Positions 9,641-17,101 of a stretch of DNA of 42,263 nucleotides are shown piece after piece. The notes under the pieces were generated by a model that worked only from the letters and a program-made list of their open reading frames with translations, did not search any database and was not told where the DNA came from. The stretch's first letter is position 1; every line of letters starts with the position of its first letter. This stretch comes from Ilumatobacteraceae bacterium (GTDB lineage: Bacteria; Actinomycetota; Acidimicrobiia; Acidimicrobiales; Ilumatobacteraceae), in contig JBIHZV010000001.1 of assembly GCA_044240275.1 (NCBI GenBank), positions 1 through 42,263 of the forward strand, in the 5' to 3' direction. A program made the translations under genes and the position numbers.

Positions 9641-11184
9641 AACTTGGTACAAATTTTTTTAGATCCGAAACGCCATCGCACATGACGGTGCGTCAATTGA
9701 TGATGGTTGCCATAGTGGTGGCCACTAGCGCGGCTCTCCTTGTCGTGAACAACAACGGCAATAGCAATAGCAATAGCAATGCAGATACTGACAACGCTGT
9801 GAATTTTGTGGCGGTGTCCTCACTTGCTGCAATGCCATTTATCTCAGATAACGATTCGATGACGACTAATTGGTTCTGTCCAGGTGTGCCCGCCAACGAT
9901 GAAACCATCTTGAGTAGTTTGGTGATCTCAAACTCTTCCGAAGCAGATATCACGGCAACGGTGACATTGCTGAGCAACGGTCAGACCCCAGTCGTCAACG
10001 CTGTATCCATTCCTGCAAGGTCGCACATCACGCTTGACGCTCGCGGCGGCATTACTGCGCCATTTGTGAGTGCAGTTGTAGAGATCGTGGGGTCCCAAGG
10101 GTCGGTGGAACAAATTGTGAGACACCCCGCTGGCGATGCGGTTGTCTTGTGTGCCACGCAGCCAGGAACCGATTGGTACTTTGCTGACGGTTTTACCGGA
10201 GCCGATTCAGTTGAGCAAATAGTGATGACCAATCCATATGTGGATGCGACCGTTGTCGACATCACTTTTGTTACTGCAGATGCAGAGCGCAGCCCAGAAC
10301 AGTTGCAGGGCTTTGTATTGCCTGCCAACTCGGTTGTTGCAATTTCAATGGACCAACAGGGCGCTCGCAATGAACCGATTTTGGCGGTGTCAATCCAAGC
10401 GTCGTCAGGGCGCTTGGTGGCTGGTCGCGTACAGCATTATTTAGGTCAGGGTCGCCTCGGTTTTTCAATGAGCCTTGGTGCTTCGGCAATGAGCACACAA
10501 TGGTGGTTTAGCAACGGTGAAAAGATTGGTGGCAACACAGAAAATCTTGTGATCTACAACCCGAGTAGTCGTGATCGTTCACTCAGCGTGGTGTTTGTGA
10601 ACGGAAGTGATTCGGCGAACAGCATCGAACCACTTCTCATCACTGCACCCGCGCATCGTGTGATCACGATTGATACGGGAACTATTCCGAGTCTTCCTGT
10701 TGGCAGATATGGGATCATCGTGTCGACCAATGACCAAGACATGGGTGATTCACTCGGCATCGTTGTCGAGCAGGTCATCAACCGTCGTGATGGCAACACG
10801 GTAGGAACTTCGATTGTTTTGGGCGCGCCACACAATTCTGGATCGACGACATGGAGCGCTCCGAGTGGTGTGACGCCTAGCGAAGACTCGTTGCAGGTGA
10901 TGAATACGACATCAATTGAGGCGACCGTGAGTGTGCTGCAAGTAGGGCCAGCTGGCGCAGTGGTGTTGGGTGGGCTCGAGTCGCTCGTCTTGCCACCGGG
11001 TGGAGTGCTGTCCATTGGCGTTCCTCCTGGACTTCCCGATGCGCAAATCATTGTGCAAGCGAGTGTGGCCGTAGTGGTGCAGCGGTTGTTGTTGCGAGGT
11101 CATGATCTCTTCGGTCGAAGTGCCGTTCTTGCACTACCTCACCTACCTTCTGCCAACAATCGTTTGAGTGAGTCGGCACCGTGA
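9637..11184 (+). CDS. DUF5719-like secreted/membrane-anchored protein built from four tandem repeats of about 100 aa
   Basis: 515 aa with an ATGA overlap with the GT2 gene. It has an N-terminal TM/signal anchor (LMMVAIVVATSAALLVV). Four repeats each open with a Trp motif (TNWFCPG, TDWYFADG, TQWWFSNG, TTWSAPSG). Confidence 0.7.
   Translation: MKLGTNFFRSETPSHMTVRQLMMVAIVVATSAALLVVNNNGNSNSNSNADTDNAVNFVAVSSLAAMPFISDNDSMTTNWFCPGVPANDETILSSLVISNSSEADITATVTLLSNGQTPVVNAVSIPARSHITLDARGGITAPFVSAVVEIVGSQGSVEQIVRHPAGDAVVLCATQPGTDWYFADGFTGADSVEQIVMTNPYVDATVVDITFVTADAERSPEQLQGFVLPANSVVAISMDQQGARNEPILAVSIQASSGRLVAGRVQHYLGQGRLGFSMSLGASAMSTQWWFSNGEKIGGNTENLVIYNPSSRDRSLSVVFVNGSDSANSIEPLLITAPAHRVITIDTGTIPSLPVGRYGIIVSTNDQDMGDSLGIVVEQVINRRDGNTVGTSIVLGAPHNSGSTTWSAPSGVTPSEDSLQVMNTTSIEATVSVLQVGPAGAVVLGGLESLVLPPGGVLSIGVPPGLPDAQIIVQASVAVVVQRLLLRGHDLFGRSAVLALPHLPSANNRLSESAP
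9758..9780 (+). repeat. Hexanucleotide microsatellite (GCAATA) x3.8 inside the DUF5719-like gene, encoding (NS)3N
   Basis: Read directly: ggc aat agc aat agc aat agc aat gca. Confidence 0.9.
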
Positions 11185-11600
11185 TTCGGTTCGTGATCGT
11201 TGGGGTAGTGGTTGTGGTTGCGTTGTTGGCTAACTTGTGGAAACGTAAGCGACAAGTTGATGCACCAACGCAAGGCGCGAGTGAAGTTCCGACCCAAATT
11301 GACCGGGCGGACTTTGTGCGACCAGACGCGCCGTGGATCGTTTTGGCCTTTACTTCTGCAACGTGCCAGACATGCTCTGATATTGAGCGCAAAGTACGAG
11401 TGCTCGAAACGAAAAGTGTCGCAATGCAGATTCTGGAATACACGGCAGAGCGCGAATTACATGAGCGCTACAAGATTGACGCTGTTCCTGCCGTGTTGAT
11501 GGCAGATGCAAACGGAGTGGTGCAAGCAAACTTTTTGGGACCAGTATCGGCTACTGATCTGTGGGCTGCGTTGGCGAGGGTGCGCGACTCAGTCGTGTAG
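11181..11600 (+). CDS. Membrane-anchored thioredoxin-fold protein (CxxC)
   Basis: 139 aa with a GTGA overlap with the preceding gene. It has an N-terminal TM helix (IVGVVVVVALLANL) and the motif WIVLAFTSATCQTCSDI (CQTC). Thioredoxin-like VPAVL follows downstream. Confidence 0.65.
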   Translation: MIRFVIVGVVVVVALLANLWKRKRQVDAPTQGASEVPTQIDRADFVRPDAPWIVLAFTSATCQTCSDIERKVRVLETKSVAMQILEYTAERELHERYKIDAVPAVLMADANGVVQANFLGPVSATDLWAALARVRDSVV

Positions 11601-13577
11601 TTGGGTCGGCGAATCGTGTGATGATTCGTTTTCGGTGCGGCGTGTTGGCTGACCGAGACCTTGTTGGACCAATCTCGAAACCATTGCACCGTCAATCGTT
11701 TCGTTATCAAGTAGCGACTGAGCAACAAGATCGAGGCCCGTGCGATGCTTTTCGAGCATCACGCGTGCGCGCTTTTCTTGCTCGAGCAGAATGCGACCGA
11801 TCTCTTCGTCAATTTTGCGTGCTGTCTCATCCGAATATTCCCGCCCGCTAGTCATCAAGTCTTCGCCGAGGAAAACTTGTTGCTGACCAGACCAGGCCAT
11901 TGGGCCAACTGCATCGCTCATGCCCCATTCGCGCACCATTCGGCGTGCAATGCCTGTGGCCTGCTCGAGATCATTTGCGGCGCCACTGTTGAGTGAACCG
12001 AATACCATCATCTCGGCAACTCGACCACCCATGGCTTTGCAGATCACGTCCTCAAAAAACTCACGTGAGTAGGTGTGTCGTTCTGCTGGCAATGTCCAGG
12101 TGACGCCGAGCGCCATACCGCGGGGGAGAATTGTCACTTTGTGCAGCGGGTCGCTGTGCGGCAAAACGGTTGCAAGAACTGCGTGCCCACCTTCGTGGTA
12201 TGCGGTAGCGCGTTTTTCTTCTGCGTTCAGCACAAGACTTTCACGGCTCGCGCCCAACACCACTCGATCACGTGCATTTTCGAAGTCAATGCGTTCGATG
12301 TGCGTCGAACCTCGGCGCACAGCAAAGAGTGCTGCTTCATTGACCAAGTTGGCCAAGTCGGCACCACTCATGCCAGGAGTTGCTTTGGCCATTGTGTCGA
12401 GATCGACATCTTGACCCATGCGCTTGCCGATTGAGTGCACTTTGAGAATGGCCAATCGTTCATCTGACTCTGGTAGCGGCACGATGATCTGACGATCAAA
12501 TCGACCTGGTCGCAATAGCGCAGCGTCCAAGATGTCTGGGCGATTGGTGGCAGCCAACACGACGATGCCCTCGGTGGCTTCGAAGCCGTCCATCTCGGCA
12601 AGCATTTGATTGAGTGTCTGCTCGCGCTCATCGTGTCCACCGCCAAGGCCTGCGCCGCGCTTGCGACCGATTGAGTCGATTTCGTCGACAAAAATAATTG
12701 CTCGACCCATCTTTGCTGCTTGTTGGAAGAGGTCGCGCACGCGGCTTGCTCCGACGCCAACAAACATCTCCATGAAGTCAGAGCCGGTGACTGACAAGAA
12801 TCCAACTCCAGCTTCGCCCGCAACCGCACGAGCAAACAGTGTCTTGCCGGTACCTGGAGGCCCAACGAGCAAGATGCCCTTGGGAACGCGTGCACCGATT
12901 TCTTTAAAGCGCTCTGGTGTGCGCAAGAAGTCAACAACTTCTTTGATCTCTTGCTTGACGCCTTCATAACCCGCAACATCAGCAAACGTAGTAACGGGTT
13001 TGTCGGCATTGAAATTCTTGGCACGGCTGCGTCCAATTGACATGATGCTTCCGGCTTGGCCCATGGCGCGACGCTGCATCCAGATAAAAAAGCCCATGAT
13101 CAACAAGAAGGGCAGCAAGATCGGAATCAGGCTCGTGAAAAAGTTGCCCTGCGGCGTTGAATAGTCGTAATCAACATTCTTTGACTTCAGCAATTGTTCG
13201 TCTGCATCGGAAAGTGTGACTGCACCTGTCGTCGTGAACGCGTCACCACTTGCCAACTCGCCGCTGATGATGTTGGAGAGGTTGTTGATTTTGACCGATG
13301 TGACTTGGCCATTGGAAACAGCCTCAAGGAATTCGGTATAAGTAAATTTTGTTGCCGATGTTGTAGGAATGAAACGCGGTCCAATTACGAGTGCTGCCGC
13401 TACTGCGATGAGGGCCCACACAGCCCACCTTGGCATCGATGGTTTGTCCTTGCCGTTTGGCGAAGTTCCATTTTTTTGCAACTTGCCCGGCATGCCTTTT
13501 CGTAACTGACGTTGTTGACGCGGCTTTGATGAACCAGGTTGATTGGATGGTGGAGGAGGAGGTGGCAATTTGCTCAT
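11589..13577 (-). CDS. ftsH: ATP-dependent zinc metalloprotease FtsH
   Basis: 662 aa. Features: Walker A GPPGTGKT, Walker [10 protein letters not shown], the SRH region, the zinc motif HEGGHA and two N-terminal TM helices. Confidence 0.95.
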   Translation of the reverse strand: MSKLPPPPPPSNQPGSSKPRQQRQLRKGMPGKLQKNGTSPNGKDKPSMPRWAVWALIAVAAALVIGPRFIPTTSATKFTYTEFLEAVSNGQVTSVKINNLSNIISGELASGDAFTTTGAVTLSDADEQLLKSKNVDYDYSTPQGNFFTSLIPILLPFLLIMGFFIWMQRRAMGQAGSIMSIGRSRAKNFNADKPVTTFADVAGYEGVKQEIKEVVDFLRTPERFKEIGARVPKGILLVGPPGTGKTLFARAVAGEAGVGFLSVTGSDFMEMFVGVGASRVRDLFQQAAKMGRAIIFVDEIDSIGRKRGAGLGGGHDEREQTLNQMLAEMDGFEATEGIVVLAATNRPDILDAALLRPGRFDRQIIVPLPESDERLAILKVHSIGKRMGQDVDLDTMAKATPGMSGADLANLVNEAALFAVRRGSTHIERIDFENARDRVVLGASRESLVLNAEEKRATAYHEGGHAVLATVLPHSDPLHKVTILPRGMALGVTWTLPAERHTYSREFFEDVICKAMGGRVAEMMVFGSLNSGAANDLEQATGIARRMVREWGMSDAVGPMAWSGQQQVFLGEDLMTSGREYSDETARKIDEEIGRILLEQEKRARVMLEKHRTGLDLVAQSLLDNETIDGAMVSRLVQQGLGQPTRRTENESSHDSPTQLHD

Positions 13578-13622
13578 GAGGCAATGATACGGGCACTTGT
13601 AGCAGTGTTAAACAGTCCACCA

Positions 13623-13634
13623 AACTGCGCAGTT
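13623..13634. promoter_or_regulatory. Perfect 12-nt palindrome AACTGCGCAGTT in the ftsH/DUF3499 divergent spacer (candidate operator)
   Basis: Read directly. It lies 20 nt upstream of the DUF3499 ATG. Confidence 0.25.
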
Positions 13635-13653
13635 GCACGATTATTGTGGGCAC

Positions 13654-13884
13654 ATGGCTCGTCACTGTTCTCGTTCTACATGTTCGCAATCTGCAGTAGT
13701 AACGCTTACATATCAATATGGACGCGCACTTGTGTGGCTCGATGACTTGGCAACAGATCGCGATCCACATGCCTATGACCTGTGTCTCCGTCACTCGCAG
13801 CGGTTTGTGGTGCCAACTGGTTGGCGTCTCGAAGACCGCCGTGACCGTTTCACGATGGTGATTCCAAATCGTCTAGCAGGATGA
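13654..13884 (+). CDS. DUF3499-family small protein
   Basis: The N-terminus MARHCSRSTCSQSAVVTLTYQY... followed by YDLCLRH...PTGWRLEDRR resembles the actinobacterial DUF3499 family (Rv3258c type). The open frame begins at a TTG at 13633, and the ATG at 13654 is preferred. Confidence 0.7.
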   Translation: MARHCSRSTCSQSAVVTLTYQYGRALVWLDDLATDRDPHAYDLCLRHSQRFVVPTGWRLEDRRDRFTMVIPNRLAG

Positions 13885-14615
13885 CTCAGGCACCTTGGCC
13901 GCCGCCAAGCGTTGAACACCAACATAAACGCTCGCTACTTTCAATATTGTTTCTATGGATTGGCTGCTATCTCACAGCAGTAGTTGTCAGCGTTGCTGTG
14001 ATGTCGATCAGCGGCACTAGCAGTAACGACGCAACCGATTCTCCGACTACGTGGGTCTTGACACTCTCGGCACTTGGGCTCTGGCTGCCCTTTGTCTTTA
14101 TGTTGCGATGGGTGGCTCGTCGCGCAGACACGGACTTCCGCCAATATTTTGGAATGAGGTTTGCAAAAACTGACTGGTTGGGAATTCCTTTCGGAATTTT
14201 TTGTCAAGTTGTACTGATGAATGTCGTAAATTGGCCGCTCAACAAGTGGTTCCCCAACACGTTCAATCCGCAGCGCATCGAAACTCGTGCGCGTGACATG
14301 GTTGACGCCGCGCATGGTGCATGGTTCATAGTGCTCTTTCTTATCGTCGTTGTTGGCGCGCCGCTGGTAGAGGAGTTGGTGTATCGCGGATTTATCCAAG
14401 GTGGATTACAGACTCAACTTGGGTCGACATGGGCGCTGATCATTGCGGCAGCATGGTTTACTGTCGTGCACCTTGAGCCAATTGAATTTCCTGGCCTGTT
14501 TGCTTTTGCCATCGTGTTGGGGCTTTGTTACAAACGCACACAACGAATTGGGCTTTCGGTAGTGACCCACTTGGCATTTAATGCAACGGGATTGTTGCTC
14601 GTAGCCCTCTCCTAA
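13881..14615 (+). CDS. CPBP (CAAX) family intramembrane glutamic endopeptidase
   Basis: 244 aa, polytopic. Motifs: EELVYRGF (EExxxR), FTVVHL (FxxxH) and THLAFN. ATGA overlap with the DUF3499 gene. Confidence 0.8.
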   Translation: MTQAPWPPPSVEHQHKRSLLSILFLWIGCYLTAVVVSVAVMSISGTSSNDATDSPTTWVLTLSALGLWLPFVFMLRWVARRADTDFRQYFGMRFAKTDWLGIPFGIFCQVVLMNVVNWPLNKWFPNTFNPQRIETRARDMVDAAHGAWFIVLFLIVVVGAPLVEELVYRGFIQGGLQTQLGSTWALIIAAAWFTVVHLEPIEFPGLFAFAIVLGLCYKRTQRIGLSVVTHLAFNATGLLLVALS

Positions 14616-14627
14616 GATATAAAAAGT

Positions 14628-17090
14628 ATGAATCACGACGACATGAGTGAACGCTCAACCGTGTTGCAGCGTTGGTCAAATCAATTTGAATCGAACTCCG
14701 ATTACTGGAAACGCCTGTCTGCAATCATCGTGGTGGGCGGAGCCACAATATTTTTGTTGCTCACATTGCATCCAGATCTGATATTTCGTAACAACACTCC
14801 AACGGGCGGCGACATGGGCGCGCACGTGTGGGGTCCCGCATTTTTGCGCGATCACTTGCTTAATCAATTTCGCTTAGCGGGGTGGAGCATGGACTGGTAT
14901 GCGGGATTGCCTGTGTATCGCTACTACATGGTGGTTCCTGCACTGTTCATCGTTGCACTCAATCTTGTTTTGCCGTACGGAATCGCAATCAAAATTGCTG
15001 CCGTCATTGGGATTTTGACGTTGCCATATTGTGCGTGGCTCTTTGGAAGGTTCGCTCGGTTCGCATATCCAATTCCTGAGATGTTGGCGATTGCGGCGAC
15101 GATTTTTTTGTATGACGAAAGCTTCACGATCTATGGCGGAAACATCGCATCAACAATGGCTGGTGAGTTTTCGTTCTCAATTGCACTCTCACTCAGCATT
15201 CTGGGTTTTGCATTGGTGGCTCGCGGCCTTGAGACTGGCAAATATTTGGCGGCCGGGTCAATTGTTGTTGCGTTATCAGCCTTAAGTCACGGCATTGTAT
15301 TGCTGTTTGTGTTTGGTGGAGTTGCGCTGATGGTGCTGTTTTGGATTCCGCGAAAAATTGATGGTCACAGAGACAACACGTCGCTTGTCTTCGGCGTCAA
15401 GGTCGTCATTTTTGCGGTGCTTCTGTCGGCATTTTGGGTCATTCCTTTTGTTACAAGTCATGCCTATATGACCGACATGAAATACGAGCCACGTCCAAGT
15501 GGTTCGAAGGATTCATTTTGGAGCATGTACTTTCCGCTGAGCACGCTGTGGGACATCATTATTATGTCGCTTGCATTGGTCGGTGCAGCGACTCAATTCG
15601 TTCGCCGACAGAAGATCGGCATGTGGGCGAGTGCGTTCTGCGCGATACTTGCCGCAGGGGTGTATTTCGCTCGCGGTGGGTTGCCGGTTATTGGCTTGTT
15701 GTGGAACCCACGGATTTTGCCGTTCTTTTACTTGCTGCGCTACTTTCTTTTTGCAATCGGTATCTACGAAGTTATTGCGTTTGCAGCACGTGTTTTGTCG
15801 TTCGAGCGTGTGGCGCGACAATCTTTGTCAAGGAGCGAGGACAATGGCACGTTGCAGATCGCCCAAATTTCGTCGTCGCGCAGCAGAGTTTCTTTTAACT
15901 TGGGCGTGTTAGTCGCATTTGCTGTCGCCACATTTTTGGTGATCGGATTTCGCTTTCAAGAATTGCCATTCGGGAGTGTGAAGACCGATGCGGCTGGCAA
16001 GTCCGAATATGTTTGGGGTCCAATTCGTGGTGCCGCATCCAACGATGGCTTTGTTGATGGTTGGGCTCGCTGGAACTTCACTGGCTATGAGGGCAAGTCG
16101 GCGTATGGCGAATACCACGATGTGGTCATGACGATGAAGTCGCTAGGTGCAGACCCATCTCAGGGATGTGGCAGGGCCGTCTGGGAAAACAATGGCGAAC
16201 TCAATAAATATGGAACAACAATGGGGTTGATGCTTCTGCCGTTTTGGACGGACGGGTGTATCGGCTCGATGGAAGGCTTGTTTTTCGAGGCTGCAGGCAC
16301 GACCCCCTATCACTTCATTACAGCAGCAGCGATGTCAAAGCAGAGCAGTAATCCAGTGCGTGAGTTGCGGTACGACAACAACGACGCAGCCAAGGGCGTT
16401 GCATACATGCGTGCGCTTGGTGTCAAATACTTCATGGGTTTTACGCCAGAGGCAGTTACAGCAGCATCTGCGCAACCAGGACTCGTGAAGGTTGCGCAAT
16501 CTGGTCCGTGGGTGATTTTCCGTGTCAGCGAAAGCGCTGTAGTTGTGCCGCTCAGCGTGCAACCTGTTGTTGTTTCGATGGAAGGTGGAGATCCGCGCGA
16601 GCGTTGGCTTGAAATTGGAACCAGTTGGTTTCAGCATGCCGACGAATGGGCTGCTCTACCAGCTGATGCTGGTCCAGAAAAGTGGCAACATATTGACGCA
16701 ACAATTGATCTGACTCGTCGTGAGGGCGAGCCTGGTGCATCCGGTCGGCGAGTAGACATCGTGACTCCAGCTCAAGCGATAGAACCTGTTGTGTTACCTC
16801 CGGTTGTGGTGAGCAATGTTGTGCAGGGTCAAAGCACTGTGTCGTTTGCCGTTGACAAAATCGGGGTGCCAGTGTTGGTGCGGGTGAGTTATTTTCCAAA
16901 CTGGAAAGTCGACGGAGCAAACGGTCCGTTCCGCGTAGCACCGAACATGATGGTGGTGATTCCCACGAGCAACACCGTCAAGTTGCATTACGGCTCGACA
17001 TCTCTCGATTACATGGCGTATCTATTGACATTCATTGGTATTGGGGTGCTCGTGCGTAGGCGACGCAAAATGAGAAGAGAATTTCAGTAG
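14628..17090 (+). CDS. Large polytopic membrane protein with an extracytoplasmic C-terminal domain, putative GT-C-type glycosyltransferase
   Basis: 820 aa. About 11 or more hydrophobic helices occupy the first roughly 450 aa. An acidic/His-containing first loop follows TM1 (TPTGGDMGAHVWGP). A roughly 330-aa soluble domain and a final TM anchor (YLLTFIGIGVLV + RRRRK) complete it. The function is inferred only from architecture and context. Confidence 0.45.
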   Translation: MNHDDMSERSTVLQRWSNQFESNSDYWKRLSAIIVVGGATIFLLLTLHPDLIFRNNTPTGGDMGAHVWGPAFLRDHLLNQFRLAGWSMDWYAGLPVYRYYMVVPALFIVALNLVLPYGIAIKIAAVIGILTLPYCAWLFGRFARFAYPIPEMLAIAATIFLYDESFTIYGGNIASTMAGEFSFSIALSLSILGFALVARGLETGKYLAAGSIVVALSALSHGIVLLFVFGGVALMVLFWIPRKIDGHRDNTSLVFGVKVVIFAVLLSAFWVIPFVTSHAYMTDMKYEPRPSGSKDSFWSMYFPLSTLWDIIIMSLALVGAATQFVRRQKIGMWASAFCAILAAGVYFARGGLPVIGLLWNPRILPFFYLLRYFLFAIGIYEVIAFAARVLSFERVARQSLSRSEDNGTLQIAQISSSRSRVSFNLGVLVAFAVATFLVIGFRFQELPFGSVKTDAAGKSEYVWGPIRGAASNDGFVDGWARWNFTGYEGKSAYGEYHDVVMTMKSLGADPSQGCGRAVWENNGELNKYGTTMGLMLLPFWTDGCIGSMEGLFFEAAGTTPYHFITAAAMSKQSSNPVRELRYDNNDAAKGVAYMRALGVKYFMGFTPEAVTAASAQPGLVKVAQSGPWVIFRVSESAVVVPLSVQPVVVSMEGGDPRERWLEIGTSWFQHADEWAALPADAGPEKWQHIDATIDLTRREGEPGASGRRVDIVTPAQAIEPVVLPPVVVSNVVQGQSTVSFAVDKIGVPVLVRVSYFPNWKVDGANGPFRVAPNMMVVIPTSNTVKLHYGSTSLDYMAYLLTFIGIGVLVRRRRKMRREFQ

Positions 17091-17101
17091 CCTTTCAACT
17101 C

